Below, in pieces: positions 12,536 to 23,720 of a DNA stretch of 64,000 nt. The notes below the pieces were generated by a model. It saw nothing but the letters and a program-made list of their open reading frames with translations, did no database searches and was not told where the DNA came from. The position numbers and the translations under genes are program-made. The number at the start of each line of letters is the position of its first letter. Position 1 is the first letter of the stretch. The DNA is from Tubiluchus corallicola (taxonomy: Eukaryota > Animalia > Priapulida), in contig JAQGDQ010000256.1 in assembly GCA_030141605.1 (NCBI GenBank), positions 62,001 through 126,000 of the forward strand, in the 5' to 3' direction.

Positions 12536-12623
12536 ATTAAAATAAATCTTACTTGGAATCTTGACTTTTGACGCTTGAAAATAAAAAAGCAAAACACAAA
12601 ATAACGTCTCTAATAAGCTTCAT
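8201..12623 (-). CDS. Pentameric ligand-gated ion channel subunit (GABA/Gly/GluCl-like), extracellular domain only; Cys-loop first Cys replaced by Ala. Exons 12553-12623, 12331-12416, 11362-11429, 10044-10261, 9390-9472, 8201-8332
   Basis: All introns are GT-AG with compatible phases (2,1,0,2,1,1) and no stops. Translation: MKLIRDVILCFAFLFSSVKSQDSNSTGDHAINATKIFHELLTDYDFNVRPFYGEKPVLVGLNLYFLDVSVDTANMEWSATVFFRQRWNDPRLAFHDSAHKITLYPPYSIWTPDPFFSNAKRASQVKMGERGSGFARITHNGDVLTSSKIRVTMMAPMDFRKFPFDTQICSMYIESYGHIEDDVKFAWFGERSTDLRHVHVAGWKLDEIITGETSAEASTG. Contains a signal peptide, YD..RP, RQxWxDxRL, WxPD, FPFD and ESYG motifs, and the 68-bp and 83-bp exons typical of anionic pLGIC genes. Confidence 0.9.
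10912..11130. repeat. (GACT)n microsatellite grading into GAAC/GAAT units
   Basis: Direct reading; intronic. Confidence 0.97.
12463..12534. repeat. (CT)n microsatellite
   Basis: Direct reading; intron 1 of the pLGIC gene. Confidence 0.97.
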
Positions 12624-12718
12624 GTTTAACTGGATACAAAGCCTGCACTAACCGTCAGCCGGAGAGACTGGTCACGTACTGATCTGAGACTCCGGAATAC
12701 CAGAACTCTTAAACGAAC

Positions 12719-12729
12719 GCCGGAAGTGG
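12719..12729. promoter_or_regulatory. ETS-type motif (GCCGGAAGTG) about 100 bp upstream of the pLGIC start codon
   Basis: Consensus match within a locally GC-richer patch; function is inferred only. Confidence 0.25.
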
Positions 12730-13270
12730 GTGTTTTCTAATAACGTCTATTAGAGATAGTAAACGTGCACAACATCCTGTTAAATACGTCTAAATTTCAT
12801 TTTTAAAAAAGTTACTTGAATCATGAAATAATGACTATGTACATCTGGATGAGTAGGATCAAGACACGGTTTAGAAAAGGTTGCGAGAAAGGAAAATTAG
12901 ATTTGTATTTATTTAATCTAAACATTGTGACAGTACAGTCAGCGATAGATCTTGTATAACATTATAAAGGTTTGGTTATGTTTTTGTATTAGTTTAATTG
13001 GCTAACGCAATACAATGGAGTACACACAAACTTTTTACGTTTGCCTTTTCAGAAAGTTTAATATCAAATACATAGCTATATTTCATATATTCCAAATTTT
13101 ATTCCAGTATATTGTCCTTTGCAAAAATGTTTTTGCATAAATGCTGAGTTTGCGCACACCAGGTACTAAAAATAAAGCAAGCAAACAAGAAATAAAGTAC
13201 TCAAATTAAACAACTTTATTAAACATTTTTATCAGTTAACACTTGTCGCGAACGACACGACTATCTTTCA

Positions 13271-14186
13271 CTAGTAAACATAGTAACTGTCATCATAACC
13301 ATGGCTGCTGCCATAGCCAGAACCGTAACCACTGCCATAATTAGAACCATAATCATTGCCATAATCAAAACCGTAACCACTGTCATAGCTTGAACCAAAA
13401 TCACTTCCATGGCCAGAACCGTAACCACTGCCATAAGCAGACCCGTAACCATTAGCATAGCCAGAACCAGAACCACTGCCATAGCCAGAACCAGAACCAC
13501 TGTCATAACCAGAGCCAGTACTACTACCATAGCCATAGTCACCTCTGCGACGATCATAGGTTCTTCTGCCATAACTGGTACCATAACCGTATGAAGGACA
13601 ACCTAGTCTTTCTCTGTTGTGGTAGTTGTCATGAACGCAGGTTTGTTGGCATTCATCAAAAATGGTTCCACGAACGCAGTAGCGAGGAGCTGGTTCGTAG
13701 TGGTCGCATTGGAAATAATTTGAACAGTCGTCGGGATCGCGCAGAAGTAGATCATTGTAAGCGCAATAATCGTGCTGTTCGCAATAGTAAGGTTCGTATG
13801 AACCGTAGCCAGAACGGTAGCTCGAACCATAGCCAGAACCGGAGCCATAGCCGTAATTATTACCCGTAAAAGACCCGGAACCGTAGCTCGGACCATAGCC
13901 AGAGACGGATCCGCCGTCATAGCCGTAATCATTCCCGTAGAAGAGCCAGAACCGTAGGCGTAATTAGATAATAAGTCTAAACTATACAAGTCGTAATAAG
14001 AACCGACGCTAACATGCATAGACACTGGAACAAAAAAAATATATAAAATTTTAATAATTATAATAACTATAATATTAGTTACATCTAATGTAAACGTATA
14101 ATTGAATTTGGTAACAGCATCATCAAACAGTTGTTAGATCACTTACCGCACAAAACCGCGCAAAACAGAAAAGCCAGGCGATTCAT
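13271..14186 (-). CDS. Secreted Gly/Tyr/Ser-rich protein with central 8-Cys chitin-binding type-2-like domain (copy A); apparent 1-bp frameshift at about 13934. Exons 14147-14186 and 13271-14024
   Basis: Signal exon [13 protein letters not shown] followed by gtaagt; acceptor ttccag. After the shift the frame reads [14 protein letters not shown]...[70 protein letters not shown]...(GSGSGY)n...DDSYYVY*. TATA-like TATAAAG at 14284-14290 and AATAAA at about 13215. Confidence 0.85.
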
Positions 14187-15249
14187 ATTTTCGAGAGGTA
14201 GGCTCTTGAAAATGAAAGAGTTGCTAACTTTTGATGTAAACAGTCCATCTCAATGAATGTCCGAAATTAACAAGAAAAAATGTCTTTATAGTAGCTCAGT
14301 AAGTTGCCTATTCATTTGAATAGACATCACAAAATGGCTTCTGTGGGTTCTATACTATAAGACGTTGTATAAGACTTAGTGATTGTCCACTTGCACTTGT
14401 TCGTGTCCACGGGCAATAAATCGTGTATGAACAATCAAGTACTGTGAAATGTTGATCTTAAGGAAAACATACAATAAACAAATAGATTTCGCAGCTTGTT
14501 TTCATTTTATCCTTGTACAAACAGCATGGAGTACTGTACAGTTAGGTCAACTTCCACGCAATGAGCAAATAATGCTGTAAAAATTTAATAAAAAATCTTC
14601 TACCTGGTTGCCCCATAAATATATCCTTAAATATCCTTAAAACCTTCCATACCAAAATCCACTAACAGCAGTGCATCTTGTGTGACGTACATCTAGCTTT
14701 CTCACTCCAGTTCTACTTTTAACCATTGTCAGTTGAATAATCAGGAGAATAGTTTCAGATTTTTGCTCTTCAGTCAACATATATAGCCTTAAAACCTTAC
14801 ATGCCAAAATCGTCCGAATATTACCGTTACAATTTGAGAGTTCAGCTTTTTCTTCCTGCTGCAGGGTAACAGATTAAATGAGTTAAATGAGAAAGCCAAG
14901 GAAAATTTAATAAAACCCGTCCACCAGTATAAAAACAGCAACATGCCTGCCTCCATCAAATAGTTTGTTCTATAATATGAAAAAATATTCTTAGCTGAAG
15001 TCAATTTTCTTCCCTTTGTCATTTAATAATACTAGTGCCAGTTTTAATCTTTCAACAGTACTCAGCAGTGAAACCAACAAAGCAATTAAAAGCTACTTTT
15101 TGGTCGAGGGCACAGCCCAAATCGCTACTCATCTGAATGTTGTTCTTGTTGTTATTCTTGATATTACTGGAAAGACCTTTGAAAAAAAGTCTAATACTCT
15201 CTGTATTTGTAATGGATAGTCATGATTTGAAGAAATGTACTAAAATAAA

Positions 15250-15440
15250 TTCCTCACCGATTAACGGAGTCGGATTTTTGTTCTACTATCATGAATTCTA
15301 GCTCCACCAATTCGCAACAGATCGTCATGGAACCCAACAGGAATAAACCAGATTAACAAGAACGAATTCTAGATCGACTGACAGATTCGGATTTTTATTA
15401 GCCAGCTTAAATTCACGATGGGGGCATTGACGTCATTTCT
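15250..15440 (+). repeat. Dispersed repeat fragment related to 60880-61090
   Basis: Shared blocks AGATCGTCATG(G)AACC and GA(C/T)TGAC.GA.TCGGATTT...AGCCA..TTAAATTCA.GATG..GGCATT. Confidence 0.55.
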
Positions 15441-15559
15441 AATCAAAGGCATTGAGTTCCTTGACCAATAATTCAAATAAACGAACTTGTTTTAGTTCTC
15501 AAATACAATAAAGAAAGGGGCTACAAAAGTGCAAATCACTTAAAAGTAAACACAAACAA

Positions 15560-16050
15560 AAAGTATACAGAATATCGAACATTTTATTTATTACGTAAGA
15601 TTTATAAACAGAATTAACAAAACAACATTACTGTATTGCTGTATAGTGTCAACAATGAGAAATAAGCTTACAGTGACTAATTTTACTGATTAGTCTCAAA
15701 ACAAAATTTGTAGCGGCATGGCTGCCAATTCATTACCTATGACAATAACCAATTCCATAGCCCAATCCGTAACCATGTCCGTTGCCAGATCGACTAACAT
15801 TAGCAGTATATGCATTGCTAGAATTATTATAACTAGGTCTCCCGCCCGGTTCATGTTCCACCATTTGTCCATAGACTTCGGTACTCCCAAGATAGTAGCC
15901 CGCACCTGGCCCCTGTCATAACCAAACCTAGCCCCAGAGTCACACCTGCAGCCTCTACCAGAATACCTTTCATAAGCCATTTCCATAACTAGACCACTGT
16001 TCATAACCAGTTGTACGAAATTGCGTCTGTCAGTGTTAACCATAGCCCCT
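15560..16050 (-). pseudogene. Decayed 3' fragment of a third GY-rich paralog (copy B)
   Basis: 3' UTR and C-terminus align with copy C (15695 CTCAAAACAAAATTTGTAGCGGCATGGCTGCCAATTCATTAC vs 17521 CTCAAAACAAAATCTGTAGCAGCGTGGCTGACAAATCATTAC). The GY frame (…SGNGHGYGLGYGIGYCHR**) is broken by frameshifts and stops; no chitin-binding domain or signal exon was found. Confidence 0.8.
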
Positions 16051-17558
16051 GGCCTTTATTTTCCTTCTGAAAATACATTTTCCTTTGACACAAACCTAGC
16101 GACACAATAATTAGCTAGCGTATCATAAACTTTTTCGTCGCTGACGGTAGCTAAGAACTTAACGGGAAACCTCACAAAGGCACACGTACATTAACAGAAG
16201 AGGATCTGTTTTCGTTAGTTACAGTTGCGAAATTGGCTCTGCCTGTCAATTATGAGCTTTAAATTTGGATCTTCTGAAAATGGATTTTCCTTTGATAGAA
16301 ACACTAGATGATCTTGCCATTATAGTTCTAAATCTTCGTTTCACGGACGTTGTTCTGGGTGAACTGGGTCTCCCACTTTTCGTCGTAAATTTTTTAAATA
16401 AAAATCTTTGTTTTCTTAATTTGTCTCTGCTCTTGTATCTTTTTGGTAATTCTCGGCCAAGCTTTAAATGAAATTTTTACCTACTAATTTTTCTAAAATT
16501 TCTTTTGTGATTGGCAGCCAGAGCGACGTTACTCCACCAGTTGCGTGATGGTTGCTGCGTGTATTCGTTCTTCGGCACTTCCTCGATATCTGAGCAGGAC
16601 AAATTTTGCTTTTGTGCGGTCGGGAAAGCAGTGACAACAATAAAAAGGCGTCAATTTTTCTTCATATTATGGAGTAGATTGTTTTGACCTACAGTTTAGG
16701 AATGGGTCCGGTTTTGCTTTAAACAGTTTAATTAGGCTACTTAAATCCGTCAGGTTTTGTAAACAAACATAAACCCATAAACATAGAATTTACATACACA
16801 TCAAAGACATGACTGCTGATGGTATCCATCTTTTTTACAACATAACTAGGTTTTCAAATGTTTTGATGTTAAGTTCCTTAATGAGGTGAAGGTATATATG
16901 TCACTATAATAAACAATTTCTACTACTACGCGCGCTTTAATTGGCGTTTGAATACGTAAAAGGTTCATTAGTTTCCTCTGGCAGGTAGAGCCATAATACA
17001 GTCACCACCATGGTTCCTGTATAACATGTAAAGAACTTTTATTCAAAAATAAATTACATATTTCATTTGGTACTTTAATAAGTTAATGTCAGCACCTGTA
17101 TGTGTGTAGTGCACCTGTAACGGAAAAACGGCAAAATGACAGTGATGTTACTGACTTTTTCATGAAATCCTCAAACCCTCGTTACTAATATAGTGTAAGT
17201 TGATTTAATCAAATGAAAACCTACACAAATTCAAGAAAAACTGACGTCTTTTGCGATGTACTTTGCTGACTGCTTAAAAGGATATGTACACAAGAAATGT
17301 GCCGTTTCGTGATATGAGCTAACGTAAGAGTATGACTAACCAGCTTACGAGAATTACTGGAAATTATCGCAGTTATTTTGGTAAATATGTTCTACACTAA
17401 AACAATATATACAACCGAACATTTTTATTTATAAAAAAAAATCAGAATTTAACAAAATAAAATTACTGTATTGTTGCATCAACAATAAAACAAGCTTGGT
17501 GACTAATTTCATTAATTAGTCTCAAAACAAAATCTGTAGCAGCGTGGCTGACAAATCA

Positions 17559-18741
17559 TTACTTATGTCGATAACTGTAAGCTCCGTAATTATTGCCCAA
17601 CCCGTAGCCAAGTCTACCGTATCCGTTGCGGGAACTACTACCAGAGTCAGATCGACTACCATATCCGCCTGTGCCAGAATTGCTGTGCCCAGTTCTACCA
17701 AAAGGCCCATATTCCGATGTTTGACCATAACCTGTGCTTCTTCCGGAATCATAGCCAGCCCTTAATCCATTGCCATAGCCGAATCTACTGCTAGAACCAC
17801 TTCTGTAACCATAGCCAGAAGATCCTCCATAACCGTAGCCACTCCCATAACCAGACCGCCGTTCATAACCAGTTGCAGGTTGGTTAACATAACCAATTCC
17901 ATATCCAGGTCTATACTCATAGTGAGCTCTACTTCCATATCCTGGCCTGCTACCGTAGCCGCTGCTGTAACTACCACCATAATTGGCAGCATTTCCATAA
18001 CCATGCTCACGGCTAGGTCTAGATCCATAATTGCTTTCATAATCGTAACTGTTGTCGTAACCATAGCCCGATGCTGTCAAGCTGCGGTAACTGGAACTTC
18101 CGTCTCCATAACTGGGCTGCGAACCTCCGCTTCCGTAGTTACCATAGCCCGATGCTGTCAAGCTGCGGTAACTAGAACTTCCGTCTCCATAACTGGGCTG
18201 ATAACCTCCGCTTCCGTAGTTACTAGACCTGCCTGTGTCAACAGGATTACTGCCGTAGCCATTACTGCCATCGTGGCCGTAACCGTACCTGCAAAGTCTA
18301 GCCCTGTTTTCAGCATTGTCAGTGACACATCGTTGTTGACACTCGTCGAAGATAGTTCCATCTGCGCAGTAACGATGCACTTCAGAAGCTTGGGCTGTAC
18401 CGGTGTGGACGCATTCGATATAATTTTCACAATCATCGTGGTCTATCAGCAGTTGGCCACTGTGGGAGCAAGCATCATAATGCGGACAGTACGACTCCCC
18501 CTTGCATGTGGCTACTAAAATAAACTAAACTTAACATTGCATCCATGCAAATAAAAGCAAATGGGATAATAACAGTACATGTCTCAACTCAAAAAAGAGA
18601 AACAGAAAAAGCACTAGCTCTAATAAGGATTTACAGACGATCAATAGCTTTAATGAAAAAATGAAAAACTAATAACAACCTAAAAAGAGTGCACGTACCT
18701 AAAAAGAATGCACAAAGCAACACAATTCCCGGACGTGCCAT
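17559..18741 (-). CDS. Secreted Gly/Tyr/Ser-rich protein with N-terminal 8-Cys chitin-binding type-2-like domain (copy C, 332 aa). Exons 18699-18741 and 17559-18514
   Basis: MARPGIVLLCAFFL|[80 protein letters not shown]... followed by about 240 aa of G/Y/S/R-rich sequence. Phase-1 GT-AG intron, as in copy A. Confidence 0.92.
18061..18222. repeat. 81-bp in-frame tandem duplication within copy C
   Basis: Two near-identical units encoding NYGSGG(Y/S)QPSYGDGSSSYRSLTASGYG. Confidence 0.9.
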
Positions 18742-18823
18742 GTCTCCTGGCAAAACTATTTGCGACTACGGACCACTCGCAAGCCAAGCTTCGTGTAACA
18801 TATACGGTTTCAGATAGTGTGCG

Positions 18824-18831
18824 TTTTTATA
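18824..18831 (-). promoter_or_regulatory. TATA box of GY-rich gene copy C
   Basis: TATAAAAA about 85 bp upstream of the ATG; copy A has a similarly placed TATA. Confidence 0.55.
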
Positions 18832-19699
18832 CCACTGCAGCTATTCATGCGTTTACCTGACGACCTGGTTTTGCTTGCTGGCTTCCTTGGCTTCCGGACG
18901 AAAGTTAATTCATATGCACCCGTAGCAGGTAGTGCAAGTAGTGCAGACGTGATGTAATGTCGGTATACGTGAACTAAGTTAGTGTAGCTCGAATTTAATT
19001 TCTTATTTTCGCTGATTAGTGCACATTAATTGTAATTTTAAATGGATAAACAATCAAACAATGATAAAAAAGTTATATGACGTACACGTGTTTTAAATGC
19101 ATTCAGTTAAATGTCGATTTTGCCTAAACCCATTTTCAATATAAGCAGTCTGAAAGGTAATGTTTTGTGATAATAATCCAAAAAAATTATGATTGTGACC
19201 TAACTTCCATAAATATGAGTGGTCATTAGGTACGACCAAGAGCAACGCTGGTGACATTATCTAATCCTAATCTATTGGATACTGAAAAAAGAAATCTCGC
19301 GCCATAAATTTCACATTAAAAAATGGCTTATTTATACTAACTTGTGTTTAGGGTAGTCAGGTTTTCATTTTTAGACAAACTGTTTCATAAAGACCACAAG
19401 TAACAATTAATGAAAACTCCCAGGCAAAAAAGCAAGAAAAAATTCGACTTTTCAAATTACTGATGTTAGGTTCATCTTCAGGTGACAAAATAAGAAAGAA
19501 AAATGAATTACTGGTACTAAATTCTTGAGTTTCAATAATAAATAAATGAATAAATGATAATAAATAATTTTTTACATTATTATACACAGATTTCACACTA
19601 AAAGAGTCACATACACAGGATCACGACAAATAAGAAACAGAAAAAATACCTACCACTCACGGTTACAATCACAGAACTTTCTGCCATGTCTCACTCTAA

Positions 19700-20150
19700 A
19701 ATTCTATGATTGTGAACATTAGTCTAAACTGTCGGATGTTCAACACTTACATATCTTCCATTTTTCTATACAATTCAAAATTATGGACCTTGAAAATAAA
19801 TAGTCAGCTGGAGATTGAAGATTTTCAGCGACGTTTATACAGATCGTTGTTGCAGATAAATTGGCCAAAAATAATAAGCATCAAAGATTTGTACGACAAA
19901 GTCAAGGAAGAAAAAACCAGAAAGATAAAACGCACAAATGCTTATCTGGGTGGGCCAGGCTCTGAGATTACCCGAAGACAGTCCACTTAAGAAGCTAAGG
20001 GGAGCCAGATTGCTCACATGGATGGATTTCGCACAATGGAACATCTTTAGTTTTGAAAGATACTTCATACTTCATTGTGTAGACAGTAGAGTAGCAAAAG
20101 AACGTACCATTTGGCGGCAGAAGGTGGACAGTCGTTGGACGATTGATGCT
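19700..20150 (+). mobile_element. Non-LTR retrotransposon (LINE) 3' fragment
   Basis: FNTYISSIFLYNSKLWTL...IEDFQRRLYRSLLQINWPKIISIKDLY resembles the post-RT region of LINEs (LYxSExWTL...FQRRxLRxIL.I.W); frameshifted. Confidence 0.7.
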
Positions 20151-20162
20151 GATTGTAACCAG

Positions 20163-20458
20163 TTATTTTATTTTATTTTATTTTATTTTATTTTATTTTA
20201 TTTTATTTTATTTTATTTTATTTTATTTTATTTTATTTTATTTTATTTTATTTTATTTTATTTTATTTTATTTTATTTTATTTTATTTTATTTATTTTAT
20301 TTTATTTTATTTTATTTTATTTTATTTTATTTTATTTTATTTTATTTTATTTTATTTTATTTTATTTTATTTTATTTTATTTTATTTTATTTTATTTTAT
20401 TTTATTTTATTTTATTTTATTTTATTTTATTTTATTTTATTTTATTTTATTTTATTTT
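20163..20458. repeat. (TTTTA)n microsatellite
   Basis: About 59 units; explains the spurious (YFILF)n ORFs. Confidence 0.98.
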
Positions 20459-21227
20459 GTCAGATTTCACAGGCGTCGGATCTGTTCACCTGTGTGTTGG
20501 CTTTTGACTCGAGTCAAACTTGCCTACTCCAAATTCTTCCGTAAAGATACGGCATCCGTCAATTCCGTGGGAACTGGATTTCTCCAAACCCAACAAAACT
20601 TGCCTTTTCGTATACCTCTGTGTTTTCTATTGTATTTTTCCTTATTTTTAGACTTTTAGTTGAGGCATTTTTCATTAATAATTCTCACTATTCTTGTAAC
20701 TACGAATAAAACATATTATAGCTGCAAAGTACGTAAAAAACCATAGATGACGTTCTGAAAGCAGATTTATTAGCAATAATTGTTATCGTTATTTACAAGT
20801 TCTCGCATTATAGAAAACCTAATTTAAGTGCAGGCTGAAGCCCAAAAATTGGGTGTGTAAAAGCTGAAAGAAACTGTGGGCACGATGTCGTCTACATTTG
20901 CCTACTGTAACATATTACAACGCTCCACATGTAGAGCAAATCCTCTGCCAAAACTATACAAGCCTACTTAAACTGAGTTTAGGCATAATTTAATTTGTCA
21001 TTAAATCCAGAGACAGTATACGGGAGAATAAATACTGAAAATTCAAATAGTATTAAGCCTAATAGGTCAAACTTCAGCGAATTACATGGCTTGGCATGGA
21101 TTGAGGAAGTTATAATGTTGCCACTACGACATCATTGTAGCTCTTTACATGTTTGATCTGGGAAGACCGTAAGGTCTTATTCAAGAATTATTGGCAAATT
21201 CACATTGTTGGCAAGTTTTCCAAAACA

Positions 21228-22493
21228 CTAAGCAGAAACATTTACAGGTTTGCATTTCATCTTCCACCAATTATTTAGCTGAGCGCCTGTATAAGTTTTA
21301 GTCACATATGGACTAATCTGATGTAATCGTCTGCACAATTCACACCAGTGTGTTGGATAAATCGGAACGTGATTCTTGCCCCTTTGCATCGGATTCGGGA
21401 ACCTCATAACAGCTTCATATTTCAGTTTCCACTCAAAATAACTGTTATATTCTGTTTCATTCATATGCAACAAATACTCTGCTAGCTGTTTGGGAGATTT
21501 GAAATCTTCTACGTTAATATAAGAATGTGGCGGGAGGATACCGGTGTAGTTAATGCCTCCTAAAACAATGGGAATGACGTCGTACATCATTGGGCCAAAA
21601 ACTTTTTCTGTGACGTAATCAACACAGCGGGCATTTTCGAACGCTAAATAAAATTTATACTTTTTCTGTAGCATCTGGTAGCACTGTTGCATGCCACGGC
21701 ATTTAAGAGAACCGCACGTTCCATATTTATCGACTTTGACATGCTTTTCTAATTCCTTGACATAATTTTCTCTCTTGCTGTATGTTTTACAGTTGCTCAC
21801 AAACCACGCAACAAGCTTTGTTCTATTCCATAAGTGCTTCCTTATAAACCTAAATTGATTTTTCTTTGTGGCATTAAACGATCGCGGAATAATTTCACCG
21901 TACCTTTGAACAATATCTGAATTTAAGCGATACGTCATAGTCCAATTAAAAATATTGCCTAATTTTGACAAGTCCGATGGTGTGTACGCTGGTGATTCCA
22001 TCAAGTAGAACACCCACCGTTGCTTGGGAGAGCGTTTCTTTGGTATGGCATTCCACTTACTTCGTATGTGCACTAACACAGCGTCACTTTCAGCTAACAA
22101 TGACTTGTTGGTGGTAGTGAAGCAATTGGAATATTGTTTAGGACAGTGAGTCTTAAATGGCTGGCTTCCAACTCCCCACAAGAAATCCCGAGCTCCTTGT
22201 TTATACAATGCATTCCAATATAAAATCAATTTTGGACGATTACGAAACGGATACTTCAGGAATGTGCTGTTAGGTTTTATCTTTGGTTTTATCTGTTGTT
22301 GATTCCAACTTTGAAGCGCTGTTTGAATTCGGATTTTTTGAAACCTGAGGTCACCCACACGCTTTGAAAGATCTATCGAGTATAAGGTTGCATGCTTTGT
22401 GACTATTGCAAATACGAAAAGACCTATTATAGTCAAAAAAGTTAGCAGGAGAAAAGTAACTTTAATTACTTTAACACAATAATTCATTGTCAT
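21228..22493 (-). CDS. Alpha-1,3-fucosyltransferase, glycosyltransferase family 10 (FucT-C-like), single coding exon, 421 aa
   Basis: Type II N-terminal TM segment; QRWVFYLMESP, FNWTMTYRLNSDI, VAWFVSNC, VDKYGTCG, the GT10 motif YKFYLAFENARCVDYVTEK, PPHSYINVEDF and C-terminal WCELC. Confidence 0.96.
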   Translation of the reverse strand: MTMNYCVKVIKVTFLLLTFLTIIGLFVFAIVTKHATLYSIDLSKRVGDLRFQKIRIQTALQSWNQQQIKPKIKPNSTFLKYPFRNRPKLILYWNALYKQGARDFLWGVGSQPFKTHCPKQYSNCFTTTNKSLLAESDAVLVHIRSKWNAIPKKRSPKQRWVFYLMESPAYTPSDLSKLGNIFNWTMTYRLNSDIVQRYGEIIPRSFNATKKNQFRFIRKHLWNRTKLVAWFVSNCKTYSKRENYVKELEKHVKVDKYGTCGSLKCRGMQQCYQMLQKKYKFYLAFENARCVDYVTEKVFGPMMYDVIPIVLGGINYTGILPPHSYINVEDFKSPKQLAEYLLHMNETEYNSYFEWKLKYEAVMRFPNPMQRGKNHVPIYPTHWCELCRRLHQISPYVTKTYTGAQLNNWWKMKCKPVNVSA

Positions 22494-23084
22494 TCTATAT
22501 CAACAGATAACCTTAACATAAACACGTTCATGTTACCATAAGTTTGTTTATGTATAATTCCCTTAGTTCATCAACAACATATATAGCACATACACTTATG
22601 TATACATTTACTCGACGACCAAGCTTTAATGGTAGTGTACTATAGACACTTACACTACCATTGTGAACACTAGCACTTCCCAAACTGAATTCGCAAACTG
22701 AATGATTTTAACTACAAGCACGGGTTGTATAACACAATGCATACTCCTGCCACGCTGTCAACAACTGTATAATAATATGAGTTAATTCAGTAACATATAC
22801 GGAATACATCGCTATGTGTTACACAGCTACATTGATCGTGTATCCACGCAACACTACTTCTACAAGCATTTTATTATAGTAACTAAGAGTACAAAATTAA
22901 GATTGTTTTCCAGCAGGTCTTTGTTGTGCGGAGTACAATAATGCAGTCAAGCTGTGCATTTGTTTCATCAATCCTTAATTATGACGTCATAATCCATTTC
23001 TAAGCATAAAATCTTAATTACAGTAAGAACTTTGCGCATAGCTTCAAACGTTTATCCGCTAAAGTGTGCCTCAATAGTCGAATG

Positions 23085-23720
23085 TACGTAAAAATGGCAC
23101 AGGTAAAAATAGCACAAGAACATTTATGCACGGTAAAAGTGACACAGGAAAAAATGGTACACTTAGTAAAATATGTGTTTAGGGTTAGTGTTAAAGTGGG
23201 GTTCATTGTTTTAGTTACTTTTACCTCTGTCAAGGAAGTTATGCTTCAACACAGTTTGTTTGTCTGTTTTTGTTTGTTATGGCAGTAAGCCTAGTATGTA
23301 AAAACTATCTAATAGATAGATTTGATAGAAACTTTGTGAAGAAAGGCGTTTATGCGGTGCCAAAATGGGAATCCTTTCGCCAATTCTTTTTTCGCAATAC
23401 TTGACCGAACATCATGCACAAAAAAAGTTTCGTGAATTTAACATTTGTGTTAAATTTTTTTAATAAAAAAAATCAGACGAGTAAGTTTAGGATTGTTCGG
23501 CTTTAGCAGAGATCTGCTTCCTACTGAGCGCATTCTACCTCATTATAGAAATCAAATGCATCAAAATAACATATGTGCCATTTTTTCGTGTGGCATTTTA
23601 GCTACTTTACCATTTATGCCATTTTTACCAGTGCCTTTTTACATATGCCATTTTTCCTGTGCCGTTTTACCTACTTTTCCATTTGTGCCATTTGTTCCTG
23701 TGCCATTTTTACCGCACGCC
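23085..23720. mobile_element. Foldback/MITE-like element with inverted arms made of AAAATGGCACA subrepeats
   Basis: The left arm (23085-23165) repeats GTAAAAATGGCACA-like units; the right arm (23570-23720) repeats the complement TGTGCCATTTTT(AC). Confidence 0.7.

Noticed and set aside
13261-14025. ORFs 13261-13584, 13409-13594, 13591-13869 and most of 13603-14025 (M/V/A/T-rich)
   Set aside because: Shadow frames of the GGY/GSG codon repeats; the true frame is the GY/chitin-binding one.
17522-18518. Overlapping sense and antisense ORFs, including the 212-aa + strand ORF
   Set aside because: Expected stop-poor shadow frames of the repetitive GY gene; no independent motifs.
19938-20544. (YFILF)n hydrophobic ORFs
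   Set aside because: Translation of the (TTTTA)n microsatellite.
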